A stretch of 63,878 nucleotides of DNA, filler included, from Sluysia triapertura (Eukaryota): assembly GCA_046118255.1 (NCBI GenBank). It is 5 parts of 5 records of this genome, joined end to end, with 100 filler letters (N's around TTAATTAATTAA, not from the genome) between each part and the next. Parts side by side here need not be neighbours in the genome. Positions count along the whole stretch, not along the records: positions 1 to 11,673 come from JBJNIA010181583.1; 4 more parts are not named here. One strand, 5' to 3'. Made by a program: the position numbers and the translations under genes. The notes under the pieces were generated by a model that worked only from the letters and a program-made list of their open reading frames with translations, had not been told where the DNA came from and ran no database searches. This document shows positions 1 through 11,773 of this stretch, one piece after another; positions within the stretch are counted from its first letter, which is position 1; the number at the start of each line of letters is the position of its first letter.

Positions 1-169
1 ATNNNNNNNNNNNNNNNNNNNNNNNNNNNNNNNNNNNNNNNNNNNNNNNNNNNNNNNNNNNNNNNNNNNNNNNNNNNNNNNNNNNNNNNNNNNNNNNNNN
101 NNNNNNNNNNNNNNNNNNNNNNNNNNNNNNNNNNNNNNNNNNNNNNNNNNNNNNNNNNNNNNNNNNNNT

Positions 170-1330
170 AAGATTTTTTTAAAGCTAATTAAGATAATAT
201 TGAGTTATCGTAACTAATGATATTTAAAGACGTAACATAATTTTTGGCGCCTCCAGTGAGATCATAAGAATTATATTTAAACGAATAATGTTACTTTAAA
301 TATCTAATTGTTTCACAAAAGATAAATTATAAATAATTTTCTCGATTTTTAAAATATTTATTTTTTACATTACTGTTTGACACAAACTATAATTTCCTTT
401 CCTTGCCTCTGATTGGACGTCTACACACATATTATAACTATTATAAGAACAACGTCACTAATTGGGCGTCCAATCAGATCGAAAAGTAAAATATCTACAC
501 TAAGAGGCATCAGCAACTATCTGTCATCGATGTGATGAGTTAACTTTAATTAACTGTCTGATCGATAACAAACCAAAGAACAAAATTAGTTATGCAGGTA
601 ATTTGTTAAATGATGGTGATGGTAATAAAATAACGACATGAAATAACAACAATAATAATTACAATAAATTAAATAAAATAAATTGTAAAAATTAATTAAG
701 TTGTTTGTTTCCTGATACATAAATCTTTCTTCATATAATAAACACGATCTCTCATATTTAATTCTTAACATAATTGGAATTCTTTAACTTAGTGTCTTCA
801 ATGAATTATTATTCTTTAGTCCTTTCTTGATTGAAATGCATACAATGGTTTGAAAGTGATTTGAAATGTGAATTTAATGTTTTTCAAAGATGTAAAAGTT
901 GAAGGTTGTGACATTGAAATGTTTTATATTGCTTTTGAGATGTGTATTTGATAGTTTAAGATATAATTGTGCTTTTAATGTTATAAGATAAAGAATAAAA
1001 TTTTTAGCTGAGATTGATGGTTTTGAATGTAGGTGTGATTTGGTGTAGTCAGATTGTAAATTTAAAATATTTTAAGGTATGAAAAATGATTTTAGTGAAT
1101 CTAAAAAAATTAAAATATGGTGAAGGTTTTGATAGTAAAATGGGTAAAGTGTTATGGAATGTGGTTTTGTTTGAAGAAACAGTTTGGACATTAAACTTGT
1201 GAATTAAAAACGTTCTGAATACAATTTAATGTGCATTAATGTTTTGAACGATATATTTGATATTGGAGTTTTAAAATTGTAACTTTAAGATGTTTTGAAA
1301 TGAGACTAGTTTTTGTTGGTCTGAGAGAAG
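170..1330 (-). mobile_element. Copy A (5' non-coding part) of the unclassified CCCH-ORF element family
   Basis: Paired palindromes gattggacgtct (411) and attgggcgtccaatc (461), a degraded hairpin at ~515-570, and the tttgaaatgtgaatttaatg block match 6500-7170 in the same orientation. The ORF side runs into the N gap. The 5' end is ambiguous (~1330, or the gttggccaccaca ending at 1977). Confidence 0.6.
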
Positions 1331-1359
1331 TGTTGCGTCTTTATATTTATTAGTTATTA

Positions 1360-1977
1360 CAACTCAATATTTTTATCTTTCTAATTCCTTTTTCTACTTC
1401 TTCATGTTAACTATTACTATAATGAACTTGTCTTTATTATTTTGAACAATGATTTTATTTCTCAATCATATTAGAGATTTTATACACTTTATAATATTAC
1501 TCGAAGATCTTTGATGCTTATTAAGGTTTTCAGAATACTTAAAGGTTAATAGAGTCATAGATGATCTCAAAATTAACAAATTCAAAGGTACTCTAATGCC
1601 ACAAGGTCTCAATACCTTATATAGGTCTTTGAAATGTCAAGATATTCTTTAGCTGTTAAAATTATTATAATTGTTTTTTACTTTCAAGATTCTTATTTCA
1701 AAAATGTTTATTATGTTCAATTCATCACTTTGTATCAGTTTTTCTTTCAGTTTATTATTTTATATGTTTTCATTCGTCTCCAGATTCACAGTTGGGCAAT
1801 CCAAACAGAAGTAAAATATGAAAAAGGTTTTGATAAATTCTAAAAGGTAGTTGTATAATGTTAACTAATGTAATCATTATTGTAATGTTATGGAATTATG
1901 AGTAGAAAATGTTTTTAATGAATTATTAAATGTACGTTATTAACATAAAATTTTAAAATATTGAGTTGGCCACCACA
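1360..1977. repeat. Dispersed repeat with imperfect inverted ends (caactcaatatttt / aaaatattgagttg)
   Basis: 1375-1810 aligns by eye in reverse complement to 34675-35135 (e.g. ttctacttcttcatgttaa vs ttaacatgatgaagtagaa). The right end is gttggccaccaca. Confidence 0.65.
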
Positions 1978-2329
1978 TAATGATATCATTAATATCTTTT
2001 TTACACATTAAACTTTATCATCATTAAACTTAAATAAATCATTAAGATTTAATGCCTCTGATTCCGAAAAACAATCTTGCGAACTTATCTTTAAAATTTG
2101 TTGTACGATGAAATGCCATTGTTAAACTTTATAGCATTTAATTCTAACAATGTACATAACACTCTATTAAAAATGCCTTAACAATTCTCAATCATTTAAT
2201 CTGCACATTCTGACCAATAATTGACAGATTTTTTAATTCATACAAATAAATCTGATTATATAGCCATGATAACTTTTAGAAATTTGATGATTCAAGTAAT
2301 CCAAATATTTAAAAAATATATTTTTAAAT

Positions 2330-2560
2330 ATTTTTATTGTTTCAGAATATCGCGAGATATTTTGTGTATAGGCGGAAGAAATATTCGCTGAAATGCAAAA
2401 CAAAAAATTTATAGTTGATCGAGAAATTTTTGCCTCCACTACTCCAATATCATTTGAATAATTTTGTCATTACTATCCAAAATTTCATTTTCAGCCCTGT
2501 TTTAATGTTATTATACTATATCTGCACACACATGTACAATCGACTATGCTGTTGCAACTT
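2330..2560 (-). pseudogene. Possible hAT transposase C-terminal (dimerisation domain) remnant
   Basis: Minus translation with stops: ILE*WRQ...PIHKISRDIL, resembling the hAT WW...P.L.KIARDIL motif. Confidence 0.3.
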
Positions 2561-3369
2561 GAAATAAAACTAATCCTAAACTGCATGCAACAAACCTCAG
2601 AATATTTGTAACCGTTTTCTAAGATTAAAGCAGACTAAAGAACTAAATTATAAATGATTCAGATTTCTGCAGTTATACATCGTGCAATATACAATAATAA
2701 TGTTTTTTTCAAGTTGAATGTTGTTTGGGGGTGGTAAACTTTTTTATAAACTTTTTTCATTTTTGAAAATTTAATTATTTTAATTTTTGTTCATCGTCAT
2801 TATTCCCAAAAACTTCACTTTTACCAAATTCTGTGGGAGGTAATTTGCCTCTGTTTCCCGATCACAGACATAGCTATTGATACTAACTAATTAAAATTGG
2901 ATGCTCTATCAATAATTTTACACAATATTATCAATATATACTTTTATACCACTTATATTCATATATGTTCATGTGCACAAATCAACTTTATACTTATTTA
3001 TATATTTAATTTTGGATATTATTGATTTTATATTTATGTAAGTTATTTATAAATTAATTGTTAAATCTAAATAAAATAATCTGTAAATTTTGTTTCAACG
3101 AAATCATATCAAGGTCAAGATAATTTTAATTATGTAAACTAACATGTAATAAAGTTGAAACTCAATATTGGAAAACGCCATTTTTGGTATCATTTTTCAA
3201 GAGAGAAGAAATTTTTTCGGAGATTTCCATAAAACAACTTCAACCTTATTAATTAAAATAATCTTCCTAAACTTACCGAATATTATTGTTATTCATTAAA
3301 TCTTTATTGTAAATTGATAAAAGTAACATATCTTTCTTTTGGCTGATTTTTATTTACTTGCAACTAACT

Positions 3370-3720
3370 ATATTTTCAGGTTCATTTTAACGAACCTTAG
3401 CAAAATCTTTGTTAAAATATTTTTAACAGTTATTCTGGTTTAATTTAGTAACCGTAGCAAAGTATATCTAACTTTCAACAATAAGGATTCTTTGCAAATT
3501 AAACTGAAAATTGTATTCCCACAGGTTCTACTTAACAGAGAACCTTTGTAATATATCATTGATAAAAATAAGTTGAAATGTCATTTGAAGGAGGTAATAC
3601 AAACCCAATTGCATTATCTTTTCCAGAATTTTCTTACGTTATTATCTTTCTAAAATCCAACGGTCTAGCCATAATCCGTAAGCCTAGATACTTTGGTGTA
3701 CTCACTTACTATCTATTTTT
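3370..3720 (+). repeat. Gypsy LTR/5'-leader-derived repeat
   Basis: Similar to 41390-41770 upstream of the gag ORF (caggttca.tttaacgaacct; aaaatccaac.gtc.agcca). Confidence 0.6.
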
Positions 3721-5084
3721 ATTCTGTGTAAAGTTACTTTAATCATCTCACGTTACTAACAGTAATATTTATATATACTTAGACATGAAAAATAATATCT
3801 CTTCTCCGTTTCTATGACACTACATAACACCATGTTTGCTGAATGACTCACTTGAAAAGGAATTAGGAGCTTGTTGGATTAGAAGTACTTGTATTTGTGC
3901 CAACTTGTGATATCTATGCAAGGGGTTATTGGATTGTTGTTTCGAATGAAGTAAAAAGATTTGATGAATCATCAGACATTGTGCCGTGGATGTTGATATG
4001 ACGAAACTGTTGCAGTGGTACGAAAAGTAAGAAAAAATGATGTGTTAACAGGACCTTTAAATTGTTTGGGACACTGACGTGAATATGTTACAAAATTAAA
4101 TAATGCTTTCTAGTGGAAAGGAAAATATTACAATTTAATGTTTGTTTGAAACTCGAAATGAGAATTGTATTAAAATTGTAAAAGGTTTATGAAATGCTGA
4201 GGGTGACAAAGTGCTTCAAGTGTAAATTGATAATTTAGTTTGATTTATTGTAGCAGGCTTATTTTATTTGAAGTTTATGTTGTCATTCTTATAAGGGTAC
4301 TACTTTTATTTCCCACTTCTATATTTACAATACAGGATGAATTTTCAAACTAATTAAAAATTATTCATTTCTAAGCTGAAAAAACAACTTTGCTTAATAA
4401 TGAGATAATAATAAATTAATATTTTATTCAAATAATACTTTTATTTTTAATACAGTATCATTATTTTTTGTAATTAAAATTTACTAGATAATTAAAGATT
4501 CTGATTATGGTGGATGTGATATTATTATTATCATTATTATTACTATTATTATTATTATTATTCTTATTACTATTAGTATTATTAGTATTATTATTATTTT
4601 GGAGTTAAATGTTTTATAAATATATTTGTTAAGTTATCAGTATATATTAGATTCAAATCAAAATATGTTAAATTAGAAAAGTTTATTAACTTATTACAAA
4701 AAGAACTTGTTAAATTTATTTTTAAACTTTCTTTAGTTTCTTTGTTATTTATATCATTACATAAGTAAAAACTTAAAATTTTATTATCAAATATACAAAG
4801 TCTAATCTTTATAACAAATACTATCAAAAATTCTAAGTTTTTTCTTATTTTGTCTATAATTCCATACGTTGCTAAATGTTTTATTTGTGGAGTCCTAAAA
4901 AATAAATAAAACTCATGTTCATAAAAAAACAAAATTATAATTACTTTCAGTCTTGGTTTATGAAGTCGATAATAGTAATTATCTATAAACAAATTTGAAA
5001 ATCATTGAACTTCGATTTGTTGTAAGGATAAATAATTTGAAAAAAAGCCAATAAATTGTCTAATCTTAGTATGTGTTTGTCTGT

Positions 5085-5953
5085 CTATCCTTCATTACAA
5101 TTCATTTGAAAGTTATCATGGTAATAATGGCAGGATGTACCGAATTTGATACATATTCCAAAAGCATCTAATTGATATGGGTATTGTGCCATGCGTTTTG
5201 GAAGTTTCTTTAATGTAAAACCATACTGATTAAAATTAGTATAGCCACGTTCTGTTTTTATACTTAGTACATAAACCGATTCTTCTACTAGTGCACATTG
5301 TTTAGTTTATTTTGATTCAGCTGTAGTCGTTTCTAATTCAGAAAAGTTTTCTAAACGCATAATTATCTTTGAAATCTTTCAATTTTAAATAATGAATAGT
5401 AACTGTGTAAGGTCGATTTTTACGATTCAAACATTTTCTAGCTAAGGATTTAATATTTTGGTTTAACAGATTTAGGTGTTACTTTATCATTAGTTAGGTC
5501 ATTTAAGTTTTTGTTCATATTACATGCAGGACTTGGCGATAGATGTAAGTCATTCAAAATTGCTTCACTATCACTTCTATGAAATAGGTCTGAATAATAA
5601 TTTTGATTGAGTCGAAATACATTACTTTTTCGGTATTTGGATTCAAGAGGCATAAATTGTAATTCATTAACAATAATAATACAACCTCTATCGGCTGGAC
5701 GATATCTTACTATATCTGACTTTGATAACAAAAGATACTGCTGTTTATTATGAAATTCAATAACATCTAAGACAATAAAAAACTTAAATTTTCGGTCAAT
5801 GTAATACAGCAACTGATTTTCAGTTGTTAATAGGTTAAATTCTGCTATTGAATGAAGTCCTTGATAATTAACAAATTTATCTAAAAAAATATCATTTTCA
5901 ATTTCAACCGTAAAATCAGTAATGTTATTATCACCACGTTCGCGTATGTTTTG

Positions 5954-6004
<51 letters not shown>

Positions 6005-6376
6005 ATTATTATCGTTTCCATTCATATAGTTGTTGTTACATGAATACATCTTGTTATTGCTGGAGCTTACTAATTTTGTCAAATGTTTTGAATCATAATT
6101 TTCTTTAACAACTAACTCAATATCATCTTCAGTATATTGACAAACAGATGAATGACCTTCAGGATCAGGCATGATTATAATTCTTGGTAAAACAGGTGCA
6201 GTACTAGAAGTAGTAGTAATAGTAGTAGAAGAAGCATCGATGTATTTTCGTTCATGATGATAATAAGCTATCGTATTAGTAAAATGATTATAAAATCGAA
6301 ACTTTGATCTCATAATTATATTTAGCATTATTGTTATATATATATTACGTTCTGCAACGGATCTCTTACGATTCAA
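5085..6376 (-). pseudogene. Unknown protein with poly-Asn tract and C-terminal CCCH zinc finger (frameshifted)
   Basis: The 308-aa ORF 5450-6376 continues across frameshifts and stops as ARKCLNRKNRPYTVTIHYL, MRLENFSELETTTAESK* and RMAQYPYQLDAFGICIKFGTSCHYYHDNF (5183-5118). These blocks are homologous to 48200-49651 and, at the zinc finger, to 9041-9112. Confidence 0.65.
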
Positions 6377-6503
6377 AAGTCGTCTTTAATTTTTTATCAC
6401 ACAAAATGTAATTTTCTAATTTTCTAATTTTTTAATTTTTAATTGTGTTGACTTTAGTACAATTTTTATTATTTTAATAGCAGTGACAGTACAGAATCAA
6501 TAG

Positions 6504-6723
6504 TAATTGGACGTCCATTAAAAATGACAAATGCCAGTGCAGAAAAATAGCACTGATTTGACGTCCAATCAAACCACAAGAATGTGTATTATACAAATAA
6601 CCACTTGCTGTAGTTGCTATTGGCGTAATAATAAAATCGATTAATGCACTAAGCAACTGTCATCAGTCGACAGTTAACGAGGTAGGTTGAGTTGATTTTA
6701 ATTAGACTGTCGACTGGTGATAG
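6504..6723. promoter_or_regulatory. Putative promoter/cis module: two inverted-CCAAT palindromes plus an 18-bp-arm hairpin
   Basis: attggacgtccatt (6506) and atttgacgtccaatc (6556). Arms ctgtcatcagtcgacagt (6657-6674) / actgtcgactggtgatag (6706-6723). Lies just upstream of the minus-strand ORF. Confidence 0.5.
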
Positions 6724-6822
6724 ACTATTGAAATAAAAATACGATAAATAAATTAATGTTGATAATAATAATGATAATAAAAAATGGTTAACATAATAAT
6801 TATTATTATAATAAATAAATAA

Positions 6823-6860
<38 letters not shown>

Positions 6861-7975
6861 CATAAACTTAATTTTTTTATTTACACGATCTTTTAATTCT
6901 TTAAAATAAAAATTTCTTAAATAAAATTCTTTAAAAAATTCTTTTTCTTGAGATAATTAGAATTAATTTAAATAAAATTCTACTTTGATTAGGATGTTTA
7001 AAAATGATTTTGACGTGTGAGTTTAATGTTGTTCAAGGATGTCAAAGAGTTCCATTTTGATTACGATGTTTTGAAGTGATTTTGAAATGTGAATTTAATG
7101 TTTATTAATGATATAAATGATTGAGTGTTGAAGGATTGCAAACTTAAAATATTTTAGATGAAAAAGTTGGCCACCACAATTATTATTATTATTATGACTA
7201 TTATTATTATTATTAATATTAGTATTATTACTGTTATTATTGTGGTGGTCAACCTTTCACTTAAAATTCAAATAATCACTTTACATGAAATATCACATTT
7301 TCTTACATTTTACATTCTGTTTTTTCAGACCCATTAAAACATTTTTACATTTCAAAACATTGTAAATTGACAATCTTATAACATCAAAATTATACTTACA
7401 TTTAAAATCAATAATGTTCACTTCAAACTTCATTTAAAATATTTTTAATTCACAATTTCACAACATTCGAATCACAATTTATATTTTAAATTATCAAATT
7501 CACATTTCAAAATCACTTTAAAACATCATAATCAAAATGTAAATATTTTTTAACATTTTTAGTTAAGATTATACAAATACTTTTAAGAAAGTCAATGAAA
7601 ATCAGAATAAATATCTTATAAAGCATCTAAAGATAGAAAAAGAATTTTATATAAAGATTTTTTTAAAGACAAAGATTTCGATTGTAAGAAATAGAATAAA
7701 GTTTTTGTATTTTCATTTATTATTTTTATTTATTTTATTACTAATATTATTTATTATCATGTTTTCATTTATTTTTATTATTTACATATACATTATTATT
7801 ATTATTATTAATATTATTATTACTATTTTATTACAATTTATTATTATTATAGCAATTTTTATTATCATTATCATTATTATTATTTATTGTTATTATATTT
7901 ATTATTATCATTATTATTTATAAAATCGTCATTATCATTTACACTATTTGCCATTATTGAATAGAGATATTTCAC

Positions 7976-8148
7976 CTGCCATTAGTTGACAGATTTAAAT
8001 TAAAAAGGCAGTATTTCATTATAACGATTGTCAACTAGTGGTGGTTACTCTACGCTGAGATTTGATATGTTTATCTGCCAGTTGATTGGACATCCAATCA
8101 CTCCTGTTTTGCTACATACATTTGTTCCTCCGATTGGATGCCCAATCG
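7976..8148. promoter_or_regulatory. Hairpin plus two inverted-CCAAT palindromes (copy C)
   Basis: Arms ctgccattagttgacag / ttgtcaactagtggtgg; tgattggacatccaatca (8083-8100); cgattggatgcccaatcg (8131-8148). Confidence 0.5.
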
Positions 8149-8269
8149 TTGCTAATTACACAACATAAGTCATGGTTACAATAAAGTAACATACATACGA
8201 TCACAATTTAAAAATTATTATTTTGCATGTAAAAAATTATAATACACGTCAAAAATAGATAACATTATT

Positions 8270-9112
8270 ATTAATGTCTTACTCTAATTTATTTTCTCTA
8301 ACAGAGAAAAATATTATCATTATATCAAAATATGATTCTAAAATGAATGAACTGATATTATTGGAATGGAACAAGTTGATAGCTAAATTTCTGAGATTTC
8401 GTCACCAATAAGAATTAAACAAAAAAGCTACTCAAACATTAAAATCAGATGAAGGTGATTCGGTAGTGCTACATCCATTTGTAAAAAAGACTCTACTATA
8501 CTTATTATTTTAAATTAAATTGATGAGCTACAATTTTATATGTCATGTAAAAACATGAATAAAAGGAATCACAGTGATTTCGGTTTGTGTAACAATTATT
8601 TCTTAATATTTATTAATGGAAACAACTACATTAAATATCGATCTTTCCTTTTGAATAATGCTATTTGTAAAAATTTTTTACTATCTCAGAATCAAACAGA
8701 TTCTAAATTTGATATCGAATACATCATTTGAGAAAATTATAATCAAATTAATTTGGATGATGAAATTTTAAATGATAATACCATGTATCCTTCATGTCAA
8801 ATATTCAATAAAGTCAATAAAATCGACTTCATCATTAAATTCATTTGTCGACAAATTCGTTTTAAAAGATCATTTATAATGCGTCAAGAAATTTTATTTT
8901 TTCAATCGCAACAAGACATGATATATAAAATTGAACTAAAAAACAAATATAATACAATAGTCGATTTAAGCAACCGCAAAAAGGATATTGTTAAATCAAC
9001 AACTATTAGTTCAAGTGCAGCTTTCAGTATGCATAATCGTTTGGCGCAGTGTCCTTTCCAAACAGATGAATCAGGAACATGCCTAAAGTTTAGTTCATTG
9101 TATTATAAGTGA
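8270..9112 (+). pseudogene. Decayed homolog of the CCCH-ORF
   Basis: ORF pieces 8540-8731 and 8753-9112. The C-terminal RLAQCPFQTDESGTCLKFSS aligns with RMAQYPYQLDAFGICIKFGTSC (B) and LIAQCPYQSDTFGVCTTFGNSC (D). Confidence 0.55.
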
Positions 9113-9539
9113 CAATTACAATCAACATATGGATCGAATAAATAGTCTTATCGTATCTGTAATAATCAATGAAGTAAACGTCAATAAAGCAATTAGTACT
9201 AAAAGTAAATTTTGATTTTTATAGTAGACAATTATTTGACTTTAATTATTTTTATTTAATGAATTTTCAACTGACAAGACTAGTGGTATGCCCAAAGTCA
9301 AACGTGACAATTAATTTGATGAAGAAATTGACAATATTTAAAATATGTGTAATATTAATAAGAACCTATAATAAATTTATGTTCATTTTCGTTTCTATTT
9401 GTAAATAAATTTCTTAATTCAATTCAATTAATTTGGTTTACGACAAAAATGAAGATATTTTAAACATTATCTTCTTACATTTAAATCAAAATAATAATCA
9501 AAAAACTATAATTAGAATAAACATATTCTTCAACTACCA

Positions 9540-10080
9540 AAATTATTATTATTATCATTATTATTCTTATTACTATTACTATTATTACTATTATTATTAT
9601 TACTGATATTATTATTATCATTATTACTATTATTATAACTATTATTTTTATTACTATTATTATTACTATCATTATTATTTCTATTATTATTACTATTACT
9701 ATTATTATTATTATTACTATTATTATTAGCATTATTATTCTTATTCTGATTACTATNNNNNNNNNNNNNNNNNNNNNNNNNNNNNNNNNNNNNNNNNNNN
9801 NNNNNNNNNNNNNNNNNNNNNNNNNNNNNNNNNNNNNNNNNNNNNNNNNNNNNNNNNNNNNNNNNNNNNNNNNNNNNNNNNNNNNNNNNNNNNNNNNNNN
9901 NNNNTAAAAGTGAATACATTAAATAATATATTATTATAAATGTTATTATTAATATTATTATTATCATTATTATTATTACTTTATTATATTATCATTATTA
10001 TTATTATTACCATCAATATTAATATTACTTTTATCATTATTATTATTACAATTACTATTATTATTATCATTATTATTATT
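9540..10080. repeat. Degenerate (AAT/TAT/TAC)n microsatellite spanning an N gap
   Basis: Directly visible; explains the spurious Ile/Asn-rich ORFs. Confidence 0.9.
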
Positions 10081-11079
10081 GCAACCAAATGTAATTTGAT
10101 AGTAAATCAACATATTAATATTAATAATTGATTATAAATGATATTTATTTTTACGAAGAGTATTATATCTAATTATTATGTAATTATATAATTATAATAA
10201 TTAAAAAATAATAATACTTTAGCACCTATCGTCAAATTGATATTATGTCCAATCGACGGTGAAATGAATAATTTACAATAGTTTACTCTTTAAAAGTGCT
10301 CCATGTAGAAGGTCTAATGATGCCTTGTCAGAAATGGTGTTAAAAATGGTGTTAAAATGAACATGCAGAATGCAGATGCATCGATTTGTTTGTGTTATGA
10401 ATATATGATGAATTTATCACTAGTATCTATTTATAGAGTCATCCAATGAATCAACTACTAAGTTCTTCCAATAATTCAGTATTCATGTTCCTATTTGAGA
10501 TAGGGATATTTCTGTTATTATATTGTATAATAATAATTATTACTATTATAATTATGTTACATTGCCACAATTTTCCACAATATGATCATGTAAACATTTA
10601 ACATATGGTGCTTCATGGGTTGATGTTAATTTGGTATTTTNNNNNNNNNNNNNNNNNNNNNNNNNNNNNNNNNNNNNNNNNNNNNNNNNNNNNNNNNNNN
10701 NNNNNNNNNNNNNNNNNNNNNNNNNNNNNNNNNNNNNNNNNNNNNNNNNNNNNNNNNNNNNNNNNNNNNNNNNNNNNNNNNNNNNNNNNNNNNNNNNNNN
10801 NNNNNNNNNNNNNNNNNNNNNNNNNNNNNNNNNNNNNNNATTAATAATATTATTCATAATGATAATAATAATGTTAATAATAATAATAATAACGATAAAA
10901 ATAATAATAATGAGATAAGAATAATGATAATAATAATATTGATGATAATAATAATGATAATAATGTAGTGATTACAAAATATAAAATTAGGAAATATAAA
11001 TATAATCTCCGGAAATAAATAAGATACAAAATTTAGATAAAAACAAAAAGTTGCTGAAATATTTATATAAACTGCGATC

Positions 11080-11335
11080 TGTTAATTCCCAGCATCAAAT
11101 AACCTCTCATATTGTTACAAAACGTTAGAGCTGCTCAACAGCATTCTGAATTTCGGTTGCATTTGTTGGACTAGGTCTGATGGCCTTATTATATCTAGCC
11201 TTAATTATTCCAGAAAATTCCTCAATTGGATTCAGCTGAGGTGTTAAGGTGGAAGGACTTTATAAGTAATTCCATTGGACGTCGAGAGACTCAAAACATC
11301 TTGTCGATGATGGAATCGGCAGTTATCCATATGTT
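11080..11335 (-). mobile_element. IS630/Tc1-type DDE transposase remnant
   Basis: Minus translation MDNCRFHHRQDVLSLSTSNGITYKVLPP/TPQLNPIEEFSGIIKARY matches the DDE_3 motifs MDNA.FH and LPPYSP.LNPIE. Confidence 0.8.
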
Positions 11336-11348
11336 AGACTTCGTAAAA

Positions 11349-11419
11349 TGGATTGACCGGGGATCGAACCCGGGACCTTCGCTGCGCAGTTCGAATGCTC
11401 TATCACTGAGACCCGTCTA
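11349..11419 (-). pseudogene. tRNA-like sequence (tRNA pseudogene or SINE head)
   Basis: Minus: ctcagtgatagagc (A box/D arm), ttcg..ctgcgc..cgaa anticodon arm, ccgggttcgatccccgg (T arm/B box), ending tcaatcca. The acceptor stem is imperfect. Confidence 0.65.
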
Positions 11420-11673
11420 ACAATTTCATTTTCAATATATTCAATTATACTACTTGGCACTTTTTAGGCCTTTTACCCCAACACACTCACTCATCCATCC
11501 CCAACACAGGAACTCACAAACATCTATTACACATCACATCAATATATTATAATTTGAATAAAATATAATTTTTTAATTCGAATAATATATAATATGCTTA
11601 AATTACAATAATTTATTACTTTCAATCCCTGAGGTCACCTTTCTCAATGTATCATCAGTGCATGAAGTTTCAC

Positions 11674-11773
11674 NNNNNNNNNNNNNNNNNNNNNNNNNNN
11701 NNNNNNNNNNNNNNNNNTTAATTAATTAANNNNNNNNNNNNNNNNNNNNNNNNNNNNNNNNNNNNNNNNNNNN
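11674..11773. other. Artificial scaffold linker N44-TTAATTAATTAA-N44
   Basis: The identical 100-nt structure occurs four times; the 12-mer has stops in all six frames. Confidence 0.95.

Larger units (their letters stand above)
4595..7178 (-). mobile_element. Copy B of the unclassified CCCH-ORF element (most complete copy)
   Basis: Minus strand starts TGTGGTGGCCAAC at 7178. Hairpin at 6657-6723, palindromes at 6506 and 6556, ORF 6376->5085. Ends ACATTTAACTCCAAAATAATAAT; both sides are AAT microsatellite. Confidence 0.65.
7241..9497 (+). mobile_element. Copy C of the unclassified CCCH-ORF element, head-to-head with copy B
   Basis: Starts TGTGGTGGTCAAC at 7241. Hairpin at 7976-8044, palindromes at 8085 and 8133, decayed ORF ~8270-9112. 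Ends ACATTTAAATCAAAATAATAAT like copy B, followed shortly by AAT repeats. Confidence 0.65.

Noticed and set aside
7705-10918. Ile-, Leu- or Asn-rich ORFs in the track (7705, 9481, 9530, 9940, 10605, 10631)
   Set aside because: Translations of AAT microsatellites and N gaps, not genes.
11226-11420. 64-aa plus-strand ORF
   Set aside because: Antisense to the transposase remnant and tRNA-like sequence.
11621-11673. GAAAC...CTGATGA on the minus strand as a hammerhead ribozyme
   Set aside because: No stems can form in the available spacing. It reads better as a possible exon end (ETSCTDDTLRKVTSGIE|gtaata) truncated by the linker.
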